This document shows positions 23,867-37,260 of a stretch of 64,000 bases of DNA, in pieces. The position numbers and the translations under genes are program-made. Source of the DNA: Eledone cirrhosa (taxonomy: Eukaryota); NCBI GenBank assembly GCA_964016885.1, contig OZ024743.1, positions 95,604,001-95,668,000 on the forward strand, written 5' to 3'. A model generated the notes under the pieces. The model was not told the origin of the DNA. It saw nothing but the letters and a program-made list of their open reading frames with translations, and did not search any database. Positions within the stretch are counted from its first letter, which is position 1; each line of letters starts with the position of its first letter.

Positions 23867-26079
23867 TTAAGATTTCTTCCTCTTTAAAAGACATACCTCT
23901 ACCTAGAAACAAAGACTTTATTAAACAATTAATAGATAAATCGGACTCTTTTATAAGGAGAATCAGGTGGCGTGCATTCCACTTTGATAAATCTAATATA
24001 AATGAAAATGTCTCGGACTTAGACAAAGTTTTCAGATCTAAAAAAAATCTACCCCCCAACAAACTTTTATTTGACTTTGAAAACGATATAATTTCTATCA
24101 TACAAGGAGTCAAATTCAAGAGAAACTTCAAAGGCCAGGAATATCTGAAAGGCATTAAGGATAATATTGAGAGCTTAGAGAAAACTGAGAAGATCTTGGT
24201 GAAATCTGACAAGACCAACAACCTCTATGGAGTGCAAAAAGACATTTATAATGGCCTCATACTGAAAGAACTGAGGAAAAAGTACAAGGTAGCAGATAAG
24301 GCCGAGCTTGAGAAAATGAATGTTGAGGCATCTTGTATAATGCATGAGTTGGAAATTGAGAACAGAACACAACCTTTCGTGCCCAGGAAACCGAAGATCA
24401 ATATGAAAGATCACAAAAGAAATTTTGAAAATGACCTGCCAGTCAGATTGATTGCACCATCAAAATCTGACCTGGGTAAACTAAGCAAAAACATTCTAGA
24501 CAGGGTGATACAGCAAATTAAAAACTTGAATTGTTTACCTAACTTGAGCTTGTGGAAGGGAACTGGAGAGGTTGTTGAGTGGTTTAAAGAAATTAAATAT
24601 AACAATAATAATAAATTTATTCAACTAGATATTGCTAACTATTATTCATCTATTACCCCTAATCTACTAAATAAGGCACTAAATTACGCATTCAAACATA
24701 CATACCTAACTAGCAATGAAATGCACATTATATTATCGGCTAGGAAAACATTGATAGAATTTAATGACCAACTATGGACCAGAGCAGATAGAGATAACAA
24801 TTTCGACATTACTATGGGATCATCCGACTCAGCTCAGGTAACTGACCTTGTGGGCCTATTTATAATCAATTCGCTGCATAGGAAAATACCCGGTGCTACC
24901 GGAGGTTTATATAGAGATGACATGCTTTTACTTAATGAAAATAATAACTCTGAACTAAATAGAAAAAGAAAACAAATTACACAATTTTTTAATTACTTTA
25001 ATCTAAAAATAGAAATTGAGAATAACCATAGAATAGTCAATTTCCTAGATGTAACATTAAATCTCAACACATGTCTTCACTATCCATTTCACAAGTTGAA
25101 TGAAAACTTAAACTATGTCAGTTTTAACTCTAACCACCCCAGATCTGTTAAAAATACTATAGTGAACTCTGTTCAAAAACGTATCTCTAGAATCTCATCT
25201 AATAAAAAGATTTTCGACGAAAAAGCCCAGTATTACAATGAAGCGTTAGCTAGAGCAGGATATAGTGATAAAATTATGTACATAGATAATAATAGACAAA
25301 CTAACCAAAATAACAACAATTTTAGTTACGGCAACAACTTTAACAACTATAATAGAAAGCATTACAATAATTCCAAAAGCCAAAAAAGAAATAGAACTAG
25401 GAATATAATATGGTTTGCCCCCCCTTTCTCACTAAACATTAAAACCCACATCGCTAAACTATTTTTTAATGCTCTTGATAATCGCTTCCCTAGAACACAT
25501 AGGTATCACTCAATTTTCAATAGACATACTATAAAATTAACTTACTCATCCACCAAAAATTTAGCACAAAATATTAATAGAATAAATAATAGGAATTTAA
25601 AACCTAGCCAAAATACCGATAATAGCATAAATAATATCCAAGTAAACAAATGTAACTGTAGAGATAGATCTAAATGTCCGTTAAATAACAATTGCTTAGT
25701 TAAAAATATAATATACAACTGTAATGTTAAAACGGACTTAAATTCTTTTAAATATGTTGGTTCCACCTCGACAGAATTTAAACTTCGCTATAATAACCAC
25801 AAGAATTCTTTCACAGATCCAAGCAAAAAATCTTCAACATCACTATCAGGCTTACTCTGGCAACTTAAGCATGATAACGTTGGATATTCGACGGCTTGGA
25901 ATATAGTCTCAAGAGGGATTCCTTTTAATTCATCCTCTGAGACATGTGACCTCTGCGCGGAGGAGATATTCTTTATACTAAAATCTAAAAATTCCCTTAA
26001 TTTACGGACAAATTTATTCAGTTGCTGCAGACATAGATTGAACTCAACTTTTAAATATAAATATAAATTTAAAATGTAG
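23867..26079 (+). CDS. PLE polyprotein: reverse transcriptase plus C-terminal GIY-YIG endonuclease (start codon missing; first ~38 aa of the track ORF are microsatellite)
   Basis: SLKDIPLP, IRWRAFHF, SDKTNNLY, KDHK, VRLIAPSKSDLG, LDIANYYSSI, MGSSDSAQ, GLYRDD, VNFLDVTL, IIWFAPPFS, CNCRDRSKCPL, IIYNC...YVGSTSTEFKLRYNNH, CDLC. No stops. Confidence 0.9.
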
Positions 26080-26609
26080 TATATTTACTTTGATTTATAA
26101 TTATTTATGAAACTCGCCGATAAATCTTTCGATTTCTTTTTTTTTTTTTTTCGTACGAAAATATACATACATGCAAAGAGAAAAGCGTTCTAATTGTAAT
26201 TATGGCAAAAAGAGGGTAAAGTAACATTGTAGTAGTGAAATGAGAAAAACTAGGATCTAGGATCAAATGATTGCAGCAGCTGAGAAGGAGTAAGATTGTT
26301 GGTAGATGAGGTATTTACAGACAATTGTGTGGTATAGACTTGTGAAGGAAATAGTATACTTAATGAATATATTTCTGTGGGTAGTAGGTATCCTAATTTA
26401 AAGCTATGTTATGTTGGTTCGATTCACGGAGGTTTGAATCTTATGAATTTAGTGGCTATTCTATGTCTGCAGAAGATAGATCTTTCTAACTTATTATTAA
26501 GTAGCCTTTTAACATTTCTAAGGATATACAATAGCTCAAGATCACACAGCCCGCAATAGGACATATTTTCTTTTCTTTTCTTGCCTGTGTATTTTCTTCA
26601 TTCTCGCAT

Positions 26610-26715
26610 GCTCCGAAGATCTGACTGGTTATAATTCTGTATTGGCGATCGAGTGACGCAAAATTAGGCGGATAGCGATCTCTAGACACACCAGTTCAGT
26701 GAAACAAATGTAAGC
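26610..26715 (+). ncRNA. Hammerhead-like motif with large stem-II insertion
   Basis: GCU CCGAAGA u CUGACUGGU...(~60 nt)...ACCAGUUCAG u GAAAC aaau GUA AGC. Core U4 is replaced by C. Confidence 0.62.
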
Positions 26716-26767
26716 TATGTGATTAAAAACTTTTTTGTATAGCAAACCATGTAAACCTTCTTTCCTG

Positions 26768-26821
<54 letters not shown>

Positions 26822-26823
<2 letters not shown>

Positions 26824-27140
26824 GTATACACTTAGGATGAAGAACTCAGAGCTGTACCGGAGCCTCCCAAAAGTCAGCTCGAAAGTGACACAGAGGAGAC
26901 TGAGGTTAGCTGGACATGCTCACCGACATCCAGAGTTGACACTGCACTCAGTGCTCTTGTGGGAGCCCCTGCATGGACACACTAGAAGAGGAAGACCGAG
27001 GTTAACGTATGTTGATGCCCTAAGGACAGACACTGGTCTCTTGGAAACGCAGGAAATGGCAGCGATAATGAGGGACAGAGACCGCTGGAGAGAACTCGTC
27101 CATGGATCTCGGGAATTTTACCCGCCCTAGATAGATAGAT
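26822..27140 (+). mobile_element. RTE/RTE-X LINE 3' fragment with (TAGA)n tail
   Basis: NSELYRSLPKVSSKVTQRRLRLAGHAHRHPE...RGRPRLTY; stop codon runs into TAGATAGATAGA. Confidence 0.85.
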
Positions 27141-27146
27141 ATATTA

Positions 27147-27179
<33 letters not shown>

Positions 27180-27185
27180 CATAGA

Positions 27186-27263
<78 letters not shown>

Positions 27264-27287
27264 TGATTGCTGCTATATGTATGTATG

Positions 27288-27356
<69 letters not shown>

Positions 27357-27899
27357 TATATATATTTATATATATATACATATTTTTATTGTGGATTTAG
27401 AATGAGTTCGAAATATTATTGGTATAACTCTTTATTTACCTTGAGTATTTACTGTCGTGATACAGACATACCATTTTATTTACCTAGTTATATTTTTCTT
27501 AAATTATATTCTATGGAGTATCTATTAGTTCTTCCACTGTCAATTTGTTATTCAGAATATGATGACCTTTAAAGTAATTATCTAAGTAGCAATAATTGGA
27601 CAATTAATCTCACAATTGTCTGAACAATTCAAGGAACTTGTGGATAATCAATAATTTTACCTTACTTCCAAATAAATATACAAGTTTAAAAGAAACGGAA
27701 TATGTATTCTAATAATACATGGGAAATTTTTTCTTTCATTTTCCTCCTCCATAAGAAAGGAAGTAAGATAATTTCCTGTAAGTTTAGTAATAAACCTTCT
27801 TTCCTCTAAATTTGACGGGTTGTACATATATATATAGGTATATATAGTAATAATAATAAATGTGAAGACTAAAATCCAAAGAGGGCTCGATAAGGATAA

Positions 27900-28640
27900 A
27901 TATATATCAAATATATAAGAACTCTGCGGGTATCCAGGAAAATTCGTACCTTTCACTTCAAAGGATCTAAGAAGACTGCACGATATGCTGATATAACGCA
28001 CATATCGCAGCGCCTAGCACATCTCATACTCATGTCGCTAAAAATAGCAGCTGGGTTTATGAGACTCAGGTTAGCTCTACATACGGAGCCGAGAATATCA
28101 TAGATTGAGTTATAAACTCAAAATAGTCTTTTACAATTAAATAGGGAATCTTTCCGAGCCGTGTAATATAATTGGATATATGAGAGGGATGAACACAGAT
28201 ATAAGTATACATGTGTTCCTATTGCAAATGACCAAGTTAGCTAGGTTGAAAAAAATACTAATTTAAAACAATATGGTTTGCCTGGCTCAGATCAATAAAA
28301 ATAACAAAGCTATATCGGACAATAGCGTTTGATATCCGGACAGTCCTAAATCTGTTTTCGCAAGAATTATTAAGTGAAAGCCAGAATTCCTGGATACCCG
28401 CAGAAGAGCACAGGAATTCTGGCTTTCACTTAATAATTCTTGCGAAACAGAGTTTGGTCTGTCCGGCTATCAAAGGCTATTGCCCGATATAGGTTTGTCA
28501 TTTTTATTGATTTATTACTTTAAATCAAGTCAGGCAAACCATATTGTTTATTTCAACCTAGCTAACTTGGTCATTTGCAATTGGAACACATGTATACTTG
28601 TATCTGTGTCCATCCCTCTCATATATCCAATTATATATAT
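27900..28640. repeat. Non-coding fold-back cassette
   Basis: Diverged arms 28166-28391 and 28411-28636; 27922-27938 is the reverse complement of the hub 28388-28404. Confidence 0.8.
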
Positions 28641-28649
28641 CTATCTATC

Positions 28650-28734
<85 letters not shown>

Positions 28735-28737
<3 letters not shown>

Positions 28738-30250
28738 GTATAGGATTATCCTAGATGTAGTAATGGTTAATTACTACACTGGATATGGTTGACGCACGGT
28801 GAGAGGTTACTCAACGAGTTATGGAAGAATTGTTGAAGAAACTTAGTTCCTGATCCTTCTGTATTCCGGAGTGTAGATAAAGAATGAATAATAACAGGTA
28901 GACATCATAAAAAAGGTAATTTATTCCGTGTGCTTACAAATGTTTCCACGGTGGTAATACAGCCTAGTTATGCTATGTGCAAATTTTCAACTATTTGCAG
29001 AACTCAAATATCAAATGCTGTGACCACTGTATCATCAGAGCAGAATGGTTAAAATGTACAATGTAAATACCCTTAAGTAAGGTTATTGGAGAAGATAGAG
29101 TAGAAAAGGAAGAGAGAAAAGTAGGGGAGAGGGAGAGATAGAGAAAAATAAGCAGGGGTTGGAGAAATAGGAGAGAGTGGTTTGTAGATATCTTAATCAA
29201 AATGTTATGGTAGGGGTTTTATTATACTGGTTACTTTTAGAGAGATGCGTTGATAGTCAAGGTTGGAATTATTTATTGCCCCAGAGGGCAGGTTCATAGA
29301 TGTGGAGAGGGAGGGAGGTAGGTCAAAGGCGAGAGAGAGAGGGTGGAATGGATATAGAGGGAGAGATAGAGAGGGGACAGACGAAGTCTATGGGGTGGGT
29401 GAACTTTGGGTTCGTAGTAGTAATCTGCGAATTGCACTGAGTTACCATTTATAGTGATAAGCAGGGTATTGTCTTGTAGTGTGGGGGAAGAGAAGGTGGT
29501 TAGCTAGAAAGCGATGTTATAGTTACGGGTTCGAATGTTAAGTTATTTTATAGTGAGAGAATTTAGCTTTTAGTTTGTGGTTGCAGTATAATGATCGTTC
29601 GATTCTATCGTTAAGTAGTTTATTTTTGGATTTTAATATGTAAAAGAGTTCAAGGTTACATAACCTACAGTACTTCAATCCACTCCGATATGCACTTGCG
29701 CTGGAAAGTATATCCCATTTTAAGGTGAACTGTTGGTTGCGTTCACGGAGTTGCCAGGTCTTGTTGGCGAGCGTGGTCACAAAACGGTGATCAGGATGTT
29801 TGATTGAGAATCGATGACGGTACCAGCGAGATTTAAACAAGGTGGTGGTAGATCCGATGTAATACCATTTCTGGTCGTTCGATTCAACCGTGCATTGATA
29901 AACAATGTTGGACTTTAGGCATTCATTCTTCAATGGACATCTTTCAGGTAGATGGCAGTTACATTTTTTGTTGCGGGTAGCGGGTATACCATGGATAGGT
30001 TGTGATAGCAGTACAGGTGGGTTGTGTAATACCCGTCTCCCATTTAGTGGTTGGGAGGCAGATATTACGTTCTGCCCATCTGTTACCAAAATATTTTGTT
30101 TTGTAGTGTTGTTTAATTGCTTTAAGTTAAGTTTTTTTATGTATGCTTCAAGGTTTGGTGCCGTGGAGTATGCTAGTCTAATAGTTTTAGAGTTCAGAAT
30201 TTTGAAAGGCTACGGAAAAATATTAGAAAATCTTTTAGTGAACTGGGTCT
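28735..30250 (-). mobile_element. 5'-truncated Hydra-like PLE (linker, GIY-YIG, 3' UTR)
   Basis: ILNSKTIRLAYSTAPNL; CNCHLPERCPLKNECL, IVYQC...YIGSTTTLFKSRW, CRLC. Decayed HHR-like motif at 28971-29042 (UGCU CUGAUGA...GAAA...AGCA), AATAAA near 28922, ends at (TA)n. Confidence 0.85.
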
Positions 30251-30459
30251 AAAAATAACATACGAATACAATCTTAAAGTAGTAAATCGTGAGCTCCGCA
30301 AAGGTTTGTTATTTTCAGTTGTTTAAAATTGCCATTTATGGAAAATATTTATTGTTAACTGTATGTAAGTGCACATACATTGTTTTCTGAAAAGGACACC
30401 CAAAAAGATTGAGGCCTTGAGCCCAAAATTTAAACTTTTATAATTATCAAACAAAAATC

Positions 30460-32366
30460 ATGGACGACTCAAGGTCACACCTTCCTCACAAACTAACACC
30501 TCACACCGACACCACCATTGTAAATATTACTACGTTTGCCAACACTAAAAATATAAGTAGTAGCAATATTTTAAATTTGTCTCAGGCAGACATTCATTTC
30601 CCGCCATTACCAATGACTGCAGGTGTTAAAGCCGCCACCCCCACCACCTCCACCACCACAGCGATAACAGAAACAAAAGAAAAAAATAAATTCACTCGTG
30701 ATATCGAAATGAATTCAACCAAAATAAACTCTTCCACACCGAACACCACTGACGCCACCACCACCACAACTGAAACTAAAATTAACAATAACAAAAATAA
30801 CGATAACAACAACAGCAACAATGAAATTAAGAAAACCACCCAGCGTTTTGCCAGAGTAGCAAAACAGTGCGAAGCATTCTAGGTAACTCAGGAGGATTAG
30901 AAGAAGCCAAAAAAATGGTAAAGAAAGATGGGTACAGGGTCAGCCTCCCCTAATAAAATGGAGCATCGGCGCCTCTGTACCGTGTCTTATCGGACGATTA
31001 ACATAAAATCGCGCCGAGTGGAACGGGCACCCGAGTCCCAAATTCAAAAAGCTTTGGGATATGTGTGGGCAAAAAAACCCTCATCAGACGTGGGTAGAAA
31101 TATAACCGTGGACGTGTTCTTTGAAACACCACAGGAGGCCAGAGAACACTCCATGGCCCCATTAAGAAGTGACGACTTCACACTCGTCCCAAGCTATTGT
31201 GGCAAGAGACACGTGAAGATTGGTTCCACTGGTCATCGAAATTCCCTGGCTAATAGCTGCCGTCCTCGCCGGCATCGAAGCCAACACCAAGATAATCGAA
31301 ATAGCGAAAGAAAAGCAGGAGAACTGGTCCGGATCTGGGATGGAGCTCCTGATCCAAGCGGACCAAAAAGCATTGAGGAGATCCCAGAGGTAATAGACCT
31401 CACTGACGGCATCCACCTCACCGTAATCGTCGAGGGCAGAAGGCCTAGGTGTGTCGTTTGTGGTGGAGGAACCCACCTAAGGGCTTTCTGCCCTCAGGCT
31501 AAAAGGTTGAAGCCCCGTCTCTTACCCACCCCAGTGAATCAACCATCAACACCACCAGCAGCAGAAATGGCAGCAACAACTGTAGCAGCAACAACAGAAG
31601 CAACTGTAACAGCAACAATCCCAGCAACAGTAGCTAAACCAACACCACCACCACCCAATGCGCCAGAACTAGCACCAGCGCCTACACCATCCACCACGCC
31701 ACAACCAAAACCAACGCCTGTGGAGGATTTTCCACTCCCCGACCTATCGCAAATGGAGACAGATTGTGACGACGAGGAGTGGGAAACTGTATAAGAAAAA
31801 AGGAAAAAAGAAAAAGAAACCAAAAAAGAAAACATTCTCCTCCTTCCCCCTCCAAAAACAAAATACAGAGGGAAACAAATAAACTATCAAACAAAAAAGT
31901 TAGAACAGCTATGCCACCATTCACACCAGCATCACAAACCCCATCACGACAAACACCAACACCATCATTAACCCCAACACCACCATCACCAACACCACAA
32001 AAGTCACCAAAAAGCGAAACAGAAACAAACCCACAACAAGCGCAAACAAAACAAAACAACCAAAACGATACACACTACACAGCATTAAATTTGAACAACA
32101 AGCAATTATTACACTACATCCAACACAACACCAGCATCACAGAAAAAGACTACACAACAACCCAAAAGTTCACACCACCTCCACACATACAAATCACTCG
32201 CATAACACAGAGAACGTACACGACACTAAAACAAAAATTCCCCAAAGACATCGGAGACTTCCGACAAGCACTCTCCAGGAGGATTTATAAGGACATCCTT
32301 CCGGAGGAGGCCACAAGCAGTGAAAAGGATGGAGAAACCATCCTTCCTCTACGAGAAGTAAGTTAA
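30460..32366 (+). pseudogene. Tx1 ORF1 (gag-like, CCHC knuckle), broken
   Basis: VIVEGRRPRCVVCGGGTHLRAFCP; stop at 30880 and frameshifts; homologous to the ORF at 56767. Confidence 0.8.
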
Positions 32367-32400
32367 GTGGTCTTTCCCATCTTTTCCACTCCATTTCAAC

Positions 32401-35400
32401 ATGACCTCACTCAGAATAGACAGCATAAATGCGCGTGGCTTGGGGTCGTCATGGAAGCAGGGCCACCCGCTCAACGACCTTAGGTCACTAAACATAGATG
32501 TAGTGGCCATCAGCGAGACCAGAATCTCCGAAGCACGGGCCTTCGCACCGATCTTCGGCGGCTACGATGTGTACGCATCTCTCAGCCATCCTGGATCGGG
32601 GGCAAGAGTTGCTGTGCTTTTTCGGAGAGGTTTAGATCTCGCCATACGGGCCATCTTCCTGGATCCAGAAGGTAAGTTGGTGGTGCTGGACGTGACCAGC
32701 GGAGACGGGCAAGCTTTCAGGCGAGTGTCCTTCTATGCCCCGACAGGAGCAGGACGGCCTGATTTCTTCCGGCGTCTGGAGACCTTTCTTGGAATGTCCC
32801 GCTCTTTAGTGTTAGTGGGCGACTGGAACGGGATCTTAGATGCACGCTGGAACTGTGTGGGATTAGCGGATAGGGGTGGAGGGTGCAAGAGCCTCACAAA
32901 CCTACTCAGGCGTTTTGAACTGTCTGATAGGTACCGATTGGATTTCCCGAATGTGCCAATGTGGACTTGGACAAATCGCATAGGGTCATCCAGATCATAT
33001 CTAGATAGAGTATTTTGTAGGGAAATAGATAGGTCTAGCATAGGCTGTCCATAATTCAAGATAGTCAGCTACACGGACCACACATTCGTGATCTGTGTGC
33101 TTGACTTAGATAGGCTTCATAGACGAGGACCCGGCTACTGGAAGCTAAACGCGTCTTTACCAGCGCGCAAGGCCTACAGAGACCGGATTAGCGAACTAGT
33201 TAAGCGAGCGTTGACGTGGGCCATCGTCAACAACAAGTGGTGGTTTGCTCTGAAAAGAGCGATTAGAATAGAGTCCATTAGGTTTAGTAAGGCTTTAGCA
33301 ATAGAGAAAAATAGAGCAGAGGGAGAACTAGTTAGAAAATTAGACGAGGTGCTTAGCAAAGGCATCGCGACCGACGTACTTGCGGCGAAATTGGCCCTTG
33401 ACCAATTCTTCAATGCAAAGCACGAAGGCTGCGATGTCAGAGCTAGGGTGCGTGCTCTCAGACACCAAGGGACGAAAGCCGTTCAATGGGCCCGAGTGAC
33501 GGAGGCGCGTCGTGGCAACAAAGCCACGATCCGGTCTTTGGTGGACCACGACGGGCGCATGCTACTCGATCCCGGTAAAATGTGTGAAGCTTTTCAGCGA
33601 CAATTCGCTCAACTGTTCGGGGACAGCGGCGGGCCGGATCGAGGGATAGACTTTAGTGTCTACCTCGACGGACTGCCGCGGCTCTCGGCCACTGAGGCGG
33701 AGTGTTGCGAAAAGCCGATAACAGCCGCTGAAGTACGGGAGGCAATGACTGGCTGCACAAGGGGTAAATCGCCTGGTTTGGATGGTCTGCCCTATGAACT
33801 TTACGTACACATGCCAGACTTGTTCGGAGGCCTCTTGGCGGACGTCTACTGCAACTGGCAACAGAACGGGAGAATTCCCAGCTCTGTGAGCCGAGGATCT
33901 GTGGCGCTGCTGAGAAAGGATCCGAACAAGGGGGATAACATAGATAATTTTAGGCCCATAACTCTGCTAAACACAGAGTTCAAGATTTTGGCCAAGGTGC
34001 TAGCAAAGAGGTTGGCGCTTGTCGTTGGTGGTCTGGTGAGAGAGGCGCAGACATGCGCCATTCTCGACAGATCCATCCACGACAACCTCCACCTCATGCG
34101 ATACATCGTAGAGAGGGTTGCTAGGGAACCTGGCACGGGTGGGTCTTTGATAAATTTAGATCAGTCGAAAGCCTTCGATAGGGTCGACCATCGTTACCTA
34201 GCGGCAGTCCTGAGGGCGGCTGGCTTTGGGCCCGTCTTCAGAGGCTGGATCGCTGCCATGCACAGCGACATCGGCTCTGGTGAGAGTGAACGGTCACCTT
34301 TCGGAACCGTTCAAAACATGCGCTCGGTCCGCCAAGGATGTCCTCTCTCGTCCCTCTTGTACGTATTGACTCTCGAGCCATTACTGCACAAACTGGAGAC
34401 GTTGAGGGGCGTCCCGCGCGAACTAGGATGCGGAAGATCCGTGTCAGCATATGCGGACGATGTCACCGTAGTGGTATCGAACGCCAAACACATCGAGGCG
34501 ATCGGCACTACACTAAGAGAATACGAAGCGGTGACAGGAGCAATGATCAGCCAGGAAAAGTCAGTGGGCCTGCAGCTCGGCACCTGGAGAGGCAGGTCCA
34601 TGCCGTCCAACAGCGTCGTCGGGCGCTGGACGGACGGACCGGTTAAATTGCTAGGGGTCTGGTTCGGTCCGGACCTCCAGACGGACAAAAACTGGGACGA
34701 GGTGACGAGCAGGGTGGCTTCTCTCACCCAGAAATGGGCCGAGAGGAAGCTATCCCTGAAAGGTCGAGCGGAGGTGGCTAACGCGTACATCGCGTCCGTC
34801 ATCTACTACCGCCTGGCCGTCGTACCTTGTCCTAAGCCCCGCCTGACTGCGCTGGAGCGTTTGCTCTTTCGCTTTTTGTGGAAGGGACGCGCTCCGATGG
34901 TCAGGCGGTCCATCTGCTGTCAACACCCGCTACGTGGAGGGCTGGGCATGCCGTGGCTGATGATGCGCAGACATGCGCTCAGGCTACGACATCTCCACCT
35001 CTTCCTCGATGGTGATCAGGTCTGGTCGCCGTTTGCTAGACACGTCTTTCCCCAGCTCGTCTACTTGACGGAGCTGCTGTCCTTAGTCAAGCGAAGACCG
35101 AGAGGGAGCGCTTGGAGACTGGAATGTCTTCAGGCGCTCACGGCCCTCGACCAATCAGGCAATGCGATCGGTGGACACTCCACCTTGGCGTTCTATAGAG
35201 GATTAGTGGAGGGGAAGAGCGACGACGAACTTGGAGAATCTCTAGGTGTCGACGAAAATCAATTAGCCAATCTCTTCGGACGGACTTACGGGCCGGGGCC
35301 TATGGACAACTTCCAGAAATCCCTGGCCTGGCAGTGCTACCGGAGAGCTTTGCCAGTTCGGGATAAACTCTACAGGCATGGAGGTGCCGTCAGCCGGGCA

Positions 35401-35817
35401 TGTCCGAGATGCGCGCAGGGCGACGAAACCGTCCTGCACGCACTCGTCCAGTGTCCGAGCATTGCTGACTTGTGGGTTTATGTCGAACACCTGCTCTCAC
35501 GTGTAGGACGGATCCAGCTATCAGCTGAGTCCATCGTGAGGATTGCCCCGCCCTCTTCCTTTAGCCGGGAAGGGCAGGCAGTTTTTATCTGTCTGGTGGC
35601 CATGGCGAAAGAGATAGTATGGTGGATACGTTTGAAAGGGCTGAAGACGAGCACTTACCTCTTCGGTGATGCCCTGATTAACTTTTTCAAATTTCATTTG
35701 AAAAGGAAAATCAGGGTAGAGAGGGAAGTGCTCTCTTCCCAGCATTTTGTTGAAAGATGGGTGAGAGAAGCAAGTATGGCCCGAGTGAATAGGCCTACTC
35801 TGAGTATGTGTCTGTAA
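32401..35817 (+). pseudogene. Tx1 ORF2 (APE endonuclease, RT, C-terminal Zn finger), one in-frame stop
   Basis: SINARGL, GDWN, SYLDR, TAA at 33052 before YTDH, GYWKLN, SPGLDGL, LDQSKAFDRV, RQGCPLS, YADD, CPRC...ETVLHALVQC. Confidence 0.92.
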
Positions 35818-36065
35818 ATTAAAGGTGGAAAACTGGGAGAGGGCACTTGCCCTGGTGGTCAGGGTCACTGTGGTCTTTTAATGGGCTTTCTCCACAAATG
35901 TCCCTCGGAAGTCTCCCCCCTATTGGGGAATTTTTCTTTGTTATTTTATTACATCCTCTGTTTTTTTTACACGCAGAAATGCCCATTTGTACCGTACTGT
36001 ATTGTCCTGTACTGGCCTTAATGTCTACTTTATGTAAACCCTTGTGGTTAATAAAGAAAACATTA

Positions 36066-36101
<36 letters not shown>

Positions 36102-36105
36102 TATT

Positions 36106-36297
36106 AGGGCGGTGGATTGGCAGTATCAGTAAAAGGAAGGACGCTATGCATTGCAGCAAAGAGTTACGCCCCTTTATGGTCTGAGTTCAAATCCCACCGA
36201 GGTTAACTTTGCCTTTCATCCTTACGGGGGTCGATAAAAGAAAGTACGAGTAATTCACTGGGACAATTGCTGGCCTTGTGTCAAAAGTAGAAACAAT
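36106..36297 (+). mobile_element. tRNA-derived SINE (Meta-domain-like family)
   Basis: GGTGGATTGGCAG A-box, GAGTTCAAATCCC B-box, GCCTTTCATCCTTACGGGGGTCGATAAA. Confidence 0.85.
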
Positions 36298-36299
36298 TA

Positions 36300-36853
36300 C
36301 TGTGTTTTCCCGATTATAAGCCATGGCTTATATTAATTTTTACTCCGAAATGTACCACTACGGCTTATTTTCGGGGGAGGGGGTTCATATACCGAAAAAA
36401 AACGACACTACAAAACTGAAAATCACAAATTCGTGAAATGATTGGAAATTACGAAAACACAATCGGCATTTACGCGCAACGTTTACTTGAAAGTTCAAAT
36501 TTATTAAAAATTAATACACCCTTTAATTCAAAAACTCATGGGTGAAATAATCCACTAATTTATTCAAAAATAATCATGTCATCCTGCTCTGGAATGTCAT
36601 TGTTTTCCAAATCAGTGGATTCAATGATTCCTGTGGAATTATTTTGTGACTCAATTGCCTGCAGAATTTTCGTCCCTAGTCTTTCATGATGGGCGATAGA
36701 GGTCGAATTGAATGGAGAGTTCTTATCCAGATAGCTGCTCGTAGTACATTCATGACACGGCTTATTTTCGGGGCATGGCTTATGTTAAATCCATCCTGAA
36801 ATATAGTGCTACGGCTTATTTTCGGGGATGGCTTATAATGGGAGGAATCACGG
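36300..36853. mobile_element. Tc1/mariner-superfamily (Tc2/pogo-like) MITE inserted in the SINE tail
   Basis: TA|CTGTGTTTTCCCGATTATAAGCCAT ... ATGGCTTATAATGGGAGGAATCACGG|TA; three subterminal CGGCTTATTTTCGGGG repeats. Confidence 0.8.
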
Positions 36854-36974
36854 TATTATTAGTATCATTATCATCATCTCCGTCATCAATCTTCTAGGCT
36901 TTGCGGTATTTAATATTTTGGGATCGTTGTATTACAACAAAATCACGTGACTATTGCGTTCTCCATTTAATTTA

Positions 36975-37260
36975 CTGTGGACGCAGAATTGTGAAATGGT
37001 TAGGAGGTTCGCTTCATAATCAATAAGTCCCGAGTTCGAACCCACTACGTGGCATCTTGGGAAAGTGTCATTTTCCATGGCATTGGAACGACTTATATCT
37101 TGTGAATGAAATTCTGTCGACAGAAATTCTTTAGAAATCCATCGAATGGACGGTAACTGTAATTCAAAGGTCCAACCTTGTCACACATTGTCAGAATTTT
37201 CCGTTAGTCGAATAGCTGAAACCCTCATCCTCGAAACCGATGGAGGTCCATCAATCGATC
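36975..37260 (+). mobile_element. Diverged tRNA/CORE-like SINE
   Basis: AATGGTTAGGAGGTTCGC...GAGTTCGAACCCAC...CTTGGGAAAGTGTC; body similar to 42705-43030. Confidence 0.6.

Larger units (their letters stand above)
23867..26770 (+). mobile_element. Near-full-length Hydra-like Penelope element
   Basis: Uninterrupted ORF, 3' UTR with an HHR-like motif and ATTAAA, ending at (TA)n. Confidence 0.9.
30251..36105 (+). mobile_element. Full-length Tx1-clade (L1 superfamily) LINE, disrupted
   Basis: 5' UTR, ORF1 with zinc knuckle, ORF2 APE-RT-ZnF, 3' AATAAAGAAAA then (ATT)n. Confidence 0.9.
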
